The position numbers were made by a program, and so were the translations under genes. Below are positions 13,312 through 26,030 of a stretch of DNA of 64,000 nt, piece by piece (within the stretch, counting starts at the first letter, position 1; every line of letters begins with the position of its first letter). The notes below the pieces were generated by a model, which did not search any database, had not been told where the DNA came from, and saw nothing but the letters and a program-made list of their open reading frames with translations. This DNA is from Lama guanicoe. Lineage: Eukaryota. Location: assembly GCA_013239625.1 (NCBI GenBank), contig MU053588.1:1994508-2058507 (forward strand), read 5' to 3'.

Positions 13312-14329
13312 AATGAGGTATTGTCTCACATCAGTCAGCAGGGCCATCATTCAAAAGTCCACAAATGATAAATGCTGGACAGGGTGTGGAGAAAAGGAGA
13401 CCCTCCCACACTGTTGGCGGGAACATAAATTGGTGCAGCCACTATGGAGGATAATATGGAGGTTCCTTAAAAAAGCTAAAAATAAACTTACCACATGGCC
13501 CAGCAATCTCACTCCTGGATGTATATCCAGAGAAAAATATAATTTGAAAAGCCACATGCACCCCAATGTTCACAGCAGTATTATTTACAATAGTCAAGAC
13601 ATGGAAACAACCTAAATGTCCATCAACAGATGACTGGATGGTAAAGAAGTTTTGGGATACAGACACACACACACACACACACACACACACCACACATACA
13701 TACACAGTGGAATACTATTCAGCCATAAAAAATGCAACTTGGATGGACCTGGAGATCATCACTCTAAGTGAAGTAAGCCAGAAAGAGAGAGAAAAATACT
13801 ATATATTATCACTTATATGTGGAATCTTAAAAAAGGACACAAATGAACTTATTTATAAAACAGAAACAGACTCACAGACATAGAGAACAAACTTATAGTT
13901 ACCAGGGAGAAGTGGGTGGGAAGGGATAAATTGGGCATTCAAAATTTGCACCTCTTGAGGAGGAATGGAACTGTTAAGTGTCTCAATTGTGGTGGTAGTG
14001 TCATTGGTGTATACATCTATCAAAACTCATCAAATTGTTACATCTGAAATATGTGTCATTTACTGTACAGAAATTATTCCACAATAAAGTTATTTTTAAA
14101 AAAAGAGGTAAAAAAAACCAGTTTTACCAAAATTAATCTTTCCAGAGACATGAAAAGCCAGAATAAACCAATTCCCATTTATATTGTAGAACATTAGTTT
14201 TAATAAAATCACTTTATAAAGTAATATGACTGTAATAAAAAACTAATAGAAAGCTAATGCTAATGATATATATTACAACTGAAATCATTAAAATGAAATA
14301 ACAATGAGTCTTAATTAAACCATTCGGTG

Positions 14330-14990
14330 ACCTTAAAAAAAGATAGACGAGTATCTGACAAGAGTTTTTCCTCAAAAAGAACAAAGTTAGCCTTCCCTTT
14401 AAGGAAAATAACTGACAAAATTAGTGACAAATGATAAAATCCAAGCCTTCAAGGGAAAAAAATACATCTGTCACCATATGCTTAACAACTTTCTAAGGTT
14501 TTCTGATGAGATCAATGTAGAGACTTATGACTATGATTTTTTTTGATATTATATAAGGAAATGTTTCAAAATTTTGGGAAAGTCAAATAACTCAGTGAAC
14601 CAATATTTTCCAAATGTCTCATGCATGATGTTAAAAAAAGAAACAATGAATAGGTAAAAGATCTATTCAAAGTGCAAGATAGATCAATAGATTTTTAGAA
14701 GTTTGTTGATACGGTTTTAGACTCCACCTTGCAACTAACCTTTAAGAAACTACCATGTGTAGAGCTTTGCTGTAGTATTAAAAAAGAAGATTTGCATTTA
14801 TCTAAAAAGACTGTTACTTATACCCCTATATTATAATTGCTTGTATATGTGAGGCCAAATTTTCTTGATATACTTCAACCAAAACACACTGAATGCAGAA
14901 GCAGAAACAAGAATCCAATTGTTTTCTACTAAGCAGGACATTAAACATGTTTGAACAACTTAAAACAATGTCAATCTTCTTAGTAGATTT
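14330..14990 (+). mobile_element. hAT/Charlie1-like DNA transposon remnant
   Basis: Recognisable transposase 3' sequence (AACTCAGTGAACCAATATTTTCCAAATG; TGAATGCAGAAGCAGA..AGAATCCA..CTAAGCAGGACATTAAA); family from recall. Confidence 0.65.
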
Positions 14991-15357
14991 TTTGGTGTGT
15001 GTGTGTTTGCTTATGGTTCTCATTAAGATTGATTAAGCCTACTATATGTAATCTCTTACTGATTACAACTAAAAGCTCTGGCCAGAATACATAAAGCAAC
15101 TATATGAGGCCACTGAAAAGTAATTGAGGGCAGGCAGATTGGGGAAGGAAGTCAACATCCAAAAATTACTATTAATACAACATTGTAAATTAATAATACT
15201 GCAATAAAAAAGATTGCTGACATGGCAGTAAAGTTTCTGTGGGGTTTTTTTTCCCTCTTATATCTCCCTACTTTAAACAGATGGTGATCCAAATCCAAGG
15301 CAATAAATAAATTAAAGCAGCAAATAAAGACAGAAAAATTCTGAGAAACTTTCCAGT

Positions 15358-15413
15358 CAGAGGACAGGGAAGGATCATCTATAAGCAGAGGACAGGGAAG
15401 GATCATCTATGAG

Positions 15414-15453
<40 letters not shown>
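15358..15453. repeat. 25-bp direct repeat followed by (TG)n
   Basis: CAGAGGACAGGGAAGGATCATCTAT at 15358-15382 and 15386-15410; (TG)n at 15416-15453. Confidence 0.9.
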
Positions 15454-15699
15454 TCAGAGGCAGGTTGTGGGGAGGTTGTTGGGGAAGCCAATAGAGAAAT
15501 TAAATGGAAAAAAAAAACAAACCCAAAAGAAGGCAAAAGAGGGAAAGATAAGAACAAAACCCAGAGGGAACAAAGAGAAAAATTATAAAATGGTAGACTT
15601 AAGTCCAACTTATGAATAATTACATTACAAGTAAATGGTTTAAGCATACCAATTAAAAGGCAGAGATTGTCACGTTAGATTAAAACTATATGCTATTTG

Positions 15700-16935
15700 A
15701 CTTTAGGAGTGACTACAGCATCATGGCAGCGTAAGACACTCCCTTTGTCTGCCCTCTTCAGTCCACAACCAGTAAAACATCCATAACTCAACAAAGGTGC
15801 CTCTACCCAACACATTAGGATGCTAGAGAATTCCTCACATCTGTACATCTAAGGGTGAGTGGATTGGAACATATAGAAGAGGCAGAATGGGGGTGGGAAT
15901 GGCAGAGGTGTTTCATGACCTGATCCCTGGAACTCGGCCATGGTGATTGATCCTGCGGCCCCAGAGAACCCAGTAGTATCAGGAGAGGCAGTGGGCATGA
16001 CCTCAGCCTCCTAGCTTCAGTAATGCCCACAGCCACATGGCACTATGTCACAGCAGCAGTAGCAGAAGGGCTTGTGACCCTGCCCATCTAACTACGAGGC
16101 ACCCACAACTCCCGCTCCTGCCTTGCTTACAGCAGCAACCCTGGTCATGACAGACTCCTGCCACCCTGGCTCCCATGACACCCTGAGACAGAACCTGCCA
16201 CCCAAGAGATCCCAGATATGGTGGAGGCACCCACCATCCCAGTGCCTCAAGTGGTGATGCCACCATCACTGGCAGCAGCAAGGCACCAACGACCCCAGAG
16301 GCACAAGTAGTGACAACTAGGGCACTGAGGGACTGACAGAGGCAGTAGAGGGTGGGAAGTACCCAATCCCAAATATGCATAACCAGAGGTAGCACAGGTA
16401 AGAGAACCCAAAAGCTTGTGCCAGGGCGCCACCTACTGGAAAATAAAAGAAAGGCCCCTAATTGCTAACCTGTTGAACCCAGAATCAAGGGTTTTTTTGC
16501 TTGTTTTTGTTTTTTAAAGCTTTACCTAAAGAAGAAAATTGTTCACTACTCGAAATGCACCAGCTGAGTAACAACTTATAAAGCACCATAAAGAACCATG
16601 GTAACATGGTATCACAAAAAGAAAATGACAATTCTCCAGAAACCGAACTTAAAATCACAGAATATTGCAATCTGAGAGAATTCAATAGCTGTCATGAAGA
16701 AACTCAGTGAGCTCAGGAATAAAATTAATGAAGAGAAGGAATACTTTATAAAAAGAGACTGAAACTTTAAGAACTAACCAAACAGAAAGTCTAGAACCAG
16801 AAGAACTGAATAAATGAGATGAAGAACCACTAGAAAGCATTGGAAATAGAATAGACCATATGAAAGAGAGAATTAGTGAGCTTGAAGATAAAAATCTAGA
16901 AATGATATAGGTAGAAGAGAGATAATTAAGATATT
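15700..16935 (+). mobile_element. Older L1 5'UTR and ORF1 start
   Basis: GC-richer UTR, then ORF1-like coiled-coil coding sequence (GAGAGAATTAGTGAGCTTGAAGATA). Confidence 0.7.
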
Positions 16936-16936
16936 T

Positions 16937-18060
16937 AAGGAGCTATTCAGGGTTTTGGGGTCTCTCCCATGTATACATGTTCCTAAACTTTGATTTTCTC
17001 CTGTTAATCTGTCTCATGTCAATTTAATTCTTAGACCAGCCAGAAGAACCTAGAAGGGTAGAGGAATATTTCTTCCTTCCTGCTTGTCCCAGTTGGCAAC
17101 AAGGATGGAATGCAACTTCACTGGCTGAACACTACTCATCCTAAGGCTACTGCAGTTAAGAAATCCTGGGATACCTAACAAAAGCCAACAAAAGGTAAGA
17201 ATTCTTATTTTGTTAGTCAGTCTCCCAGATCTCTGCCTGAGAGAGGTTCTTTAGGAAACAAGAATGGTAAGAGTTTTTCTCTCTTTTAAAAATTAGATTC
17301 ACAGGGGAAAATATTTGTACAGCTAGCTCCTTGGACTCAGTGACTCTTGGTTTGAAATTTGGTAGGGTACTCTTGGTTTGCGGATCCTTTTCCTCCCTTT
17401 TTCTCCCATTGTTTCTCTTTGTCTCTGTCTTTTGTGTCCTTTGTCATAAGAAGGAAAACCATTGGTCTGACTAGGTGTTCCTTTTGTCTTGCTGTATGTC
17501 CCAAGAATCTCACTTGTTGACCAGTGAGAATATTCTCTCTGGTCTCTGCCATCCAGAAATTCCAGGTACCAACACACATTTGGTGGTCAGTTAAATAGAC
17601 TGCATTTCCAAGCTGGGAGTGTTCTTTATCTAACTGTGTCAGCTCCCAAAGGAGTTTTTCATCAGGATCTCAGTCCACAAGGGGCCTCTGCATGTCAAAT
17701 TTTGTTGTTTCTGCTTGTACAATGGAGGTCTTTGTTTACACTACTTTGGGGAGTGCACTTTCTGGATCTTGTGAGGATTGCATCCTTTGAACTCTCTTGT
17801 GGGGACACCTCTTGTATCTTATTGGTTTGAGTTGCTATTAAGATGATGGATCCTATGAACTTGAAAATTTTCCAAATTGGTAAATTTTTAGAGAGTTCTT
17901 ATCCTAAACAAGCGTATCGATTTAAATTGGTATGCAGGAGCCCCAAAAGGCTTCAAAATTCCAAAATAGATCCATTGAAGGATTTGTCATAGAGAGCTAA
18001 TGAATGATTAAAGATATAAAAAATACATAAAAGACCAACATAGCTTCTACTGCTCCCCTC
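16937..18060 (+). mobile_element. ERV fragment: 3' part of the 5' LTR, tRNA-Ser-like PBS, and leader
   Basis: LTR U5-like sequence, then TGGCAACAAGGATGGAAT (17094-17111), then a T-rich leader with a splice donor AAG|gtaaga. Confidence 0.7.
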
Positions 18061-18064
18061 TAGC

Positions 18065-20030
18065 AGTAATAAATGAAATAGGGACAAAAAAGACAATAGA
18101 AAAGGTCAATGAAATTAAGTGCTGATTCTTTGAAAAGATTTACAAAATTGACAAACCTTTAGTTAGACTCACTAAGAAAAAAAGAGAGAAGATTCTGATA
18201 AATAAAATCAGAAATAAAAGAGGAGAAATAACAATGGATACCACAGAAATACAAAGGCTTATAAGAAAATATTATGAACAGCTATACTCCAACAAATTGG
18301 ACAACCTAGAAGAAATGGGTAAATTCTTAGAACCATACAATGTCCAAGACTGAATCATGAAGAAACAGAAAATATGACTAAACTGATAACTAGTAAGGAG
18401 ATAAAACAATAATCAAAAACCTCCCCAAAAAACAAAAGTCCAGGACAAAATGGCTTCACTGGTGAATCCAACCAAATATCTGAAGATTTAATACTTATCT
18501 TTCTCAAACTCTTCCAAAAAATTAAAGATAAAGGAATGCCTCCTAACTAATTTTATGAGGTCTATATCACCTTGATATCAAAACCAGACAAGGACAATAC
18601 AAAAAAAAAAAAGAAAACCAAAGGCCAGTATCTCTGATTTACATAGATGCAAAACTCCTCAAAAAATATTAGCAAACTGAATACAATAATACACGAAAAG
18701 GATCATACACCATGATCAAGTGAGATTTATCTTAGCGATGCAAGGATGGTTCAACATCAGCAAAATGAATCAATGTGATACAGCACATTAACAAAATGAA
18801 AGATAAAAATGGTATGATCATCTCAATAGATGCAGAAAAAGCATTTGACAAAGTTCAACACCTATTTATGATAAAAAGAAATATCAATAAAATGAAAGGA
18901 ATGTACCTCAAGAGAATAAAGGCCATATATGACAAACCCACAACTATCATTCTCAGCGGTGAAAAACTGAAAACTATTCCTTTGAGATCAGAACAAGACA
19001 AGGATGTCCACTCTCATCACTCTTATTCAACATAGTATTGGAAGTCCTAACCAGAGAAATTAGGCAAAGAAAAAGAAAGAAGTCTAAATTGGTAAGAAAG
19101 AAGTAAAACTGTCACTATTCATGGATGACATAATTTTTATATATAGAAGACTATAAAGACTCCACCAGAAAACTATTAGAAATAATAAACAAATATAGTA
19201 AACTTGCAGGGTACAAAATCAATATACAAAAAACAACTGTTTAATTTCTATACACTAAAATGGGCTAGCAGACAGAGAAATTAAGAAAACAATCCCATTT
19301 ACAATTGTGGCTAAAAGAATAAAACACCTAGGAATAAATTTAACCAAGGAGGTGAAAGACTTGTATACTGAAAAATATAAGACGCTGTTGAAAGAAATTG
19401 AGGAAGACACAAATAAATGGAAAGATACTCTGTGCTCATGAATTGGAAGAATGAACATTGTAAAAATTGTTCACATTAACTAAAGCAATCTATAGAGCCA
19501 ATGTAATCCCTATCAAAATCCCAAGGACATTTTTCACAGAAGTGGAACAAAAAAAAATCCTAAATTTTATATGGAACCACAAGACCTTGAATAACCAAAG
19601 CAATCCTGAGAAAAAAAGGACAAAGATGGACACATCATACTCCCTGGTTTCAAATTATATTGCAAAGTTGTAGTAATCAGCACAGCACTGTATTGGCAGA
19701 AAAACAGACATATAGATCAATGGAAAAGAATTGAAAGCCCGGAAGTAAATTCAGCCACATATGGATAATTAATTTACAATAAAGGAGCAAAGGACATATT
19801 GTGGAGAAAGTATAGTCTCTTCAATAAGTGTTATTGGGAAAACTGGACATCCACATGCAAAAGAACGAAACTAGACCACTATCTCACACCATACAAAAAT
19901 CAACTCATAAGTGGATTAAAGACTGAAATGTAAGACTTGAAACCATAAAACTCCTGGAAGAAAACATAGGCAGTATGCTTTTTGACATTAGTTTTAGCAA
20001 TATCTTTCTGGTTATGTCTCTTCAGGTAAG
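18065..20030 (+). mobile_element. Decayed L1 ORF2 (reverse transcriptase region)
   Basis: [15 protein letters not shown] at 18775-19035 and a degenerate LFMDD (FADD) motif at ~19116. Confidence 0.9.
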
Positions 20031-20039
20031 GTAAATTAG

Positions 20040-21475
20040 TAAGTGATTTTCACAAGGTCACAGGATAATGTGCAAAAGTAAATCATAATTCTATATACTA
20101 GGAACCAAAAATTGAAATAAAAAATTTAAATACCATTTAAGGATTATTAAAAATAGGAAATACATAGGGATAAACCTGACCAGACATGTACAAGATCTGT
20201 ACACTAAAAACTAAAAAACAGAACTGGGAGAAATTAAGAAATACTTAGATAAGTGGAAAAATATACCGAGTTCACAGGTTGGAAAATTTAATGCTAAGGT
20301 GTCAATTTTCTCCAAATTAAATGTATAGAGCCAATGCGTTCCCAAATCCAATCCTGTAAGGATTTTTTTTTTTACAAAAATTGAAAAGCTGATTCCAAAA
20401 TTCTTACAGAAATTCTAAGTACTTAAAACAGTCAAATAATTTTGAAAAAGAAGGATAAAATTGGAAGACTTCCACAACTAAACTTTCAAGATTTATAAAG
20501 CTAAGACAATGTGATATTGGTGTCAAGATAGAAAAATAGATCAGGAGAACAAATAGTCCACAGATGGATCTAAATATGCATAGTCCACTGAATTTTGACC
20601 AAGTTTCAAAGCAATTCAGTGGGAAAAGAGTTTTTTCCAACAAATGGTGCTGGAACAACTGGGTATCTATATGCAAAAAGATGAACTTTGATCAATACTT
20701 TGTACCATATACTAAAAAAAAAAACCCCTCAAAATGAACCATAGATCTAAATGTAAAATATGAAACTATAAAATTTTTAGAAGAAAACATAGAGGAAAAA
20801 TCTTTGTGAATTTCCATTAGGCAAAGAGTTTTTAGATACAACACTGACAACATGATCCATTTAAAAAATGGATAAAGTGGATTTAAAATCCAGAACATCT
20901 TCTCTTCAAAGATCCTATTCAGAGAATGAAAAGGGAAGCCACGTAATGGGAATATATTGTAAATAAGATATCTGAAAAAGGGCTTTTTTTTTTTGCACAA
21001 GATTCTGGGTTACCAGATATCACCTTTAACAGTCAGTAAATATCTAATACTCCAATTAAAACACATTTTTACTTGTTACGTTGAAACGTGGGCCTACAAC
21101 CTGATGCCTATAATTGTGAGATGCTAAGAAAATTAAATTTCAATCGCCCACTTTACTTTTCTTTCTTTTATTTAAGCATCACTTGTTATTGGGCATAAAA
21201 ATAACTGCATTCCTTTGACAAAACTCATAGAATGTACAACATCAAGAATGAACCTTAATGTCAGCTATGGACTTTGGTTGATAATAATGTGTCCATGTTG
21301 GTTCATCGATTGTACCAAATATGCCACACTGGTGAGGGATGTTGAGGGTAGGGGAGTATATATGTGGTGGGGGGAGGGCTGTGTGTGAACCCTCTGTATT
21401 TTCTGCTCAGTTCTACTATGAACCTGAAACTGCTCTAAAAAAATAAAGTCTATTAATAAAAAAATTGTTTTAAAA
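20040..21475 (+). mobile_element. Fragments of old L1 (ORF2 3' part and 3'UTR)
   Basis: Degenerate ORF2 (TTTTCCAACAAATGGTGCTGGAACAACTGG) and an L1M-type 3'UTR ending AATAAAGTCTATTAATAAAAAAA. Confidence 0.7.
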
Positions 21476-21895
21476 AGAATGTCAGGAATGGATGAGATCA
21501 AGTTACAGTTTTGGATTTTATGTTTAGCTTATAAATCTGGGAGCTAAGCAAACTAGAAGCAGAACAGGCTTTAAAATATCTGACTCACTATTATAAGTAA
21601 TAACTGTTACCCAGCCCATTCCATTTACCTTTTCCTCAGTGAAATTCTCTATAATAAAGAAGCACTCATATACTAAAACAGAAAAAAAAACCACCTGCAT
21701 TCCAATTGTTTCTGGAAAGCAAGACTGTTAATGGACAATTTAGGCTGACATGAAAAAAATTGTTTCTCTGTTGCTTTGTTGTATCATACTTATTCAGGAA
21801 AGTTAAAGTTTTGTCAACCTCAAGATTAAGTGTTTTTAAGAATGTAAACATATATTTTTGTATTTTTATGGTAATTTTGCATAAAAATTGTTCAG

Positions 21896-22265
21896 TGTCA
21901 TGGACTGAATGTGTCTGTCCCAAAAGTCATATGTTGAAGCCCTAACATCCAGCGTTACTCTATTTGGAGACAGGGTCTGTGAGGAGGTGTTAAGGTTAAC
22001 GAGGGTGACGTCTTAAGCCTGGGGCCTAGTGCTATGAGGATTGTGCCCTTATTAGAAGAGAAAGGGACACCAGAGCTCTCTTTTTCCATCCTGTGAGGAC
22101 ACAGTGAGAAGCAGCCATGGATAAGCCAGGAAGAGCATCCTCACCAAGATTCAAATTGGACAGCACCTTCATCCTGAGCCTCCAGAGCCTCCAGAACAGT
22201 GAGGAATAAATTTCTGCTATTTAAGCTACTCAGTCTGTGTTATGTTACAGTTACAGCCCAAGCAG
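21896..22265 (+). mobile_element. MaLR (MLT1-type) solo LTR
   Basis: Starts TGTCATGGACTGAATGTGTCTGTCCC; contains AATAAATTTCTGCTATTTAAGC...CAGTCTGTG, typical of MLT1. Confidence 0.8.
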
Positions 22266-22269
22266 GGTC

Positions 22270-23530
22270 CATAACCAGGATAAATAAGGAACTCTTGAAA
22301 CTCAATAAGGAAATAAATAACACAATTAAAAATGGGCAAAAGATTTTAAGAGACACTCCACCAAAGAAGATATATGGGTTGTAAAAAAAAAAGGTTCAAC
22401 ACTATTAGTCATTAGATAAATTAAGATTAAAACCACTCCTATTAGGATGCCTAAAACTGAAAAGATAGATGAGAGGATCAGGGAGTATTTGGTGAGGATG
22501 TGGAGCAACCAGAACTCTCATACTGCTAATGGGAATGTAAATGGTACAGCCAGTTTGGGGACCAGTTGGGCAGTTCCTTAAGAAGTTAAACATCCACCTG
22601 CCACATGACCCAGCCATTCCACTCTTAGATATTTATCCAAGAGAAATAAAAACACATGTCTGACTTGTACATGAAAGTTATTAGCAACTTTATTTGTAAT
22701 AGCCAAAGACTGTCAATCAATACAGGGGAATACTCAGCAATAAAAAAGAAAGCACTACTGATACATTACAGTAACATGGATAAATCTAAGAATAATACCG
22801 AGTGAAAGAATACATACTGTACGATTCTATTTACATAAAATTCTAAAAAGTGCAAATGAATGAGAATTTTCTGGAATGGAGGCAAGGAGAGGGCAGGAGG
22901 CAGTACAAACAGACGTGAAGAAACTTTTGAGGGTAATAGATACGTTCATTGTCTTGACTCTGGTGATAGTACTGTACATGTATGCCCAAACTTATCAAAT
23001 TGTATACTTTGAATATGTGCAGTTTTTGGTATATCAATTGTACCTGTTTTTATAAAAGTCCTATTTTAAATAGCTTGAAAAAATGTAATAGGTATAAATC
23101 TACCAAAATATGTGCAGTATCTGTATACTGAAAGGGACAAACGCTAAAGAAGGAAATCAAAGAAGAACTAAATAAATGGAGAGATATACTACTTTTATGG
23201 ATGGGAAGATTCAATATTATTAAGATGCCAGTTCTCTCTGAATTTATCTATAGATTTAATGCAATCAAAATAAAAATCCCAGGAGTGGTTTAAAAAAATT
23301 ATGGCAGTGTGCATGTCTGTGTGTGTATATATATACACACACACACACACACAGCTAGATATATGTATATGGTATGTGTATACATACACGCACATATAAG
23401 AATGCATGTATAGAGAAAAGAGAATGGTAAAGCAAATGTGTTAAAATGTTAACATTTGGGGAGTCTGGGCAAAGAGTATGTATCATTCTTACAAGTCTTC
23501 TGTAACTGAAATTTCAAAATAAAAAGGGTT
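22270..23530 (+). mobile_element. Old L1 3' fragments
   Basis: Degenerate ORF2 C-terminus (GACCCAGCCATTCCACTCTTAGATATTTATCCAAGAGAAAT) and 3'UTR sequence. Confidence 0.7.
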
Positions 23531-24479
23531 TTTGAAGAGTTTATAGTTTATTGCTTTATCATCTTTCTCTTTTAGGTATTACTTATTTTGTGAACACATG
23601 GCATATCATTAAATATTCCACACCATTTTTTGAAACTGTGCAATAGCCTATAATGGATGGTTTTATTTAACCTATCAGTTATTGTCAGACATTTATATTT
23701 GCTTTCCCCTGCATTTAATACTTACATATTCTTTACTCCATATTCTTGCTGCCTTCTAAATGGTTCAGACCCCTCCCTCCACTTCTACCCTAGGAGTAAG
23801 TAAAGGTCTTCATTTCTGGGCCTTTGATAGTAATACTGGAGACAGGTGTCATCTATCTTCTGTATGAGGCCCACACGTGAGTTTTATTTGGCCTGCCTGG
23901 TGTTTTTAGCTGTTTGAATTTATTTTCAACACTTGGAAATTAGAAGACTTGACTTGAAAATCTGGATTCTTGACTTCTGTTGAAACATCAGATCTGGCAA
24001 CAATGGGCCAACACCCTTGGCATGGCTCTTGTGGCTGGAGTTGCGTTTCAGCCACTCTCTGTAGATGAGGAATAGGTTCTCTGCCACCCTAGCTCTCTTT
24101 CTTGACTTGTCTGCAGGACCCTGAATGCACTTAGCCTCACCCAGGGCTATAAAGACATAGATTCAGGAACAGCCTCACTCAGAAAAGGAGCTGCTGGGGA
24201 CTTTTGTTAGAAGGCAGCATAGCTGAGAGGAAGCCCTGGGCTTGAACCAGAGAGTTAAATTTTAGTCAGCTGGGCTGATCCTGGCTCTCATTTGCCCGCT
24301 GTTAGATGACCAGATGTGTGGTTCTTAACTGGGAGGTGGAAGGGACGGGCATAATGATAGCGTGCAGGGAAAGGCGGGTCTAGCTTGCAAAAATTCCCTA
24401 ATTGATCTGATGTCCTCCTTCTTGAGAACAACTAGCCTACCTGTCGAAGATCATCTGCAAATCCAAATGATAACTATCA

Positions 24480-24830
24480 GGTGAGGTTAAAAGCACAGGC
24501 TCTGGATTTGAATGCTAGTTCGACCATTTACTTGCTGTGTGATCTTTGGCAAGTGACCTCACCTTTCTAAGCCTGGTTTCTCATGTAGGTCCTGAGAAAG
24601 AAGGATGTAAGCCAATAGCTCCCACTTCAAATCCCACTTGAATCTGAGATTAAATTATGATATGTGTAAAATACTTAACCATACCTGGAACAAGGTAAGG
24701 ACTCTGTATAAATGGTTACATTTACTATTCACTTCCTAAGGTTTTTGTGAAGATTAAATGAGATAGTGAGGTAAAATGTTTAGCAAATAACCAAGTACAT
24801 AGTCAGTATTCAGAAAATGGCTATTTATGA
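24480..24830 (+). mobile_element. MIR fragments
   Basis: MIR core ACTTGCTGTGTGATCTTTGGCAAGTGACCTCACCTTTCTAAGCCT and TGTGAAGATTAAATGAGATA. Confidence 0.65.
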
Positions 24831-25419
24831 CTATTCTCCATTAAGATTCCAAAGGGAAACATTGATTTACCATTGACAAAGGCTGCAGAGAGAATTTGGA
24901 GACAATTTGACTGGGCTTGGGGGAATAAAGGCAAAGCTCTCACTTAGGTTAGAATCTGAAGTCTGGAAACTGGGAGAATAGGGAACAAGAGGCAGGGGGG
25001 CCGATAATGGATTCCACTCTAAGGTATAGGCTCTAAGGCTCAAGTAGAAATCCGGGATGCCTTTTGGGTGTTAGGTAGAGACCTGAAAGACAGAACTGAG
25101 AGTTGTCAACGCAGAGAAAAAAGGAAGGCGTTGTTGCCATTGTTTTCCCCTTTTTTGTGGAAATAAAGACACTGGGAACTTAAACAAGGAAGACAGGGAC
25201 CAGATTTGAACCTGGGTTCCCCCTGCATAGGGCTGGGACTGAGCAGGAACCAATAATTCTCTTTGAGTTAGTGAAAGTGGCTTTCCCCTGTCTGAGAGTC
25301 AGTTTCCTCAACTGTAAAGTGAGGAAAAGCAAACCTACCCCTGAAGGTGTTGTAAGGATTCAGAGTTCATGGTTTGGAAATTGCCTGGCTAAAAGTAAGC
25401 GCACAAAAGGGTGCGACAA

Positions 25420-26030
25420 CCCATCACACCCCTGAGAATGGAAAAAAAAAATGTAAAGACAAAGAATATCAAATGTATGCTCAACTGGTGGGAGTGTAAG
25501 TTAGTAAGGTTTAACAGTGTCTGGTAAAGTTAAACACATAGCTGTCCTCTGACCAGCAATTCTGCTTTTGAGTGTATTTTTACGTTTACCAAAGAAATGT
25601 GCTAGAATATTCATAGCACCAGTATAGCCCCAAACTGGAAAATACTCAATTTTAGGCATATTCACACCATGGAAACCATATAGAAATGAAAGTGAAAGAA
25701 CTATCCCTTACACACAGTATGAATCTCACAAACGTAATGTTAAGTAAAGGAAGCTAAATACTCAGCACACACTGTATGGGTCCATAGAGAGTTTAAAACA
25801 GACAAAAGTAATTCATGCTGTTAGAAATCAGGTAAGCGATAATTTCAGAGGGGATGAGGGTGGCAGAAAGAGTATGCGCGGAGGTTTCTGAGGCCTGCTA
25901 ATATTTGCTTTCTTATCTGAGTATTGGTTATATGGGTGTGTTCACTTTGTGAAAATTCGTTGAACTGTACACTAATGATATGATATGAGTAAGTATGTAT
26001 CTGTACTTGAATGATAAGTTTACTTAACAA
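25420..26030 (+). mobile_element. Ancient L1 3' end remnant
   Basis: Degenerate ATAGCCCCAAACTGGAAA and ATGAATCTCACAAACGTAATGTTAAG blocks. Confidence 0.6.

Larger units (their letters stand above)
7408..13950 (+). mobile_element. Near full-length decayed L1 (5'UTR, ORF1, ORF2 with internal deletion), interrupted by a younger L1
   Basis: 5'UTR starts GAGAGATTTCTGGTCAAGATGG; ORF1 fragments at ~8513-9360; ORF2 starts at 9675 (MAIRTYVSIITLKVNGLN) with endonuclease motifs; multiple frameshifts; 3' portion resumes at 13312. Confidence 0.92.

Noticed and set aside
7408..13950. Potentially active full-length L1
   Set aside because: Many frameshifts and stops, the RT core is deleted, a nested insertion interrupts it, and there is no poly(A) tail or TSD at the 3' end.
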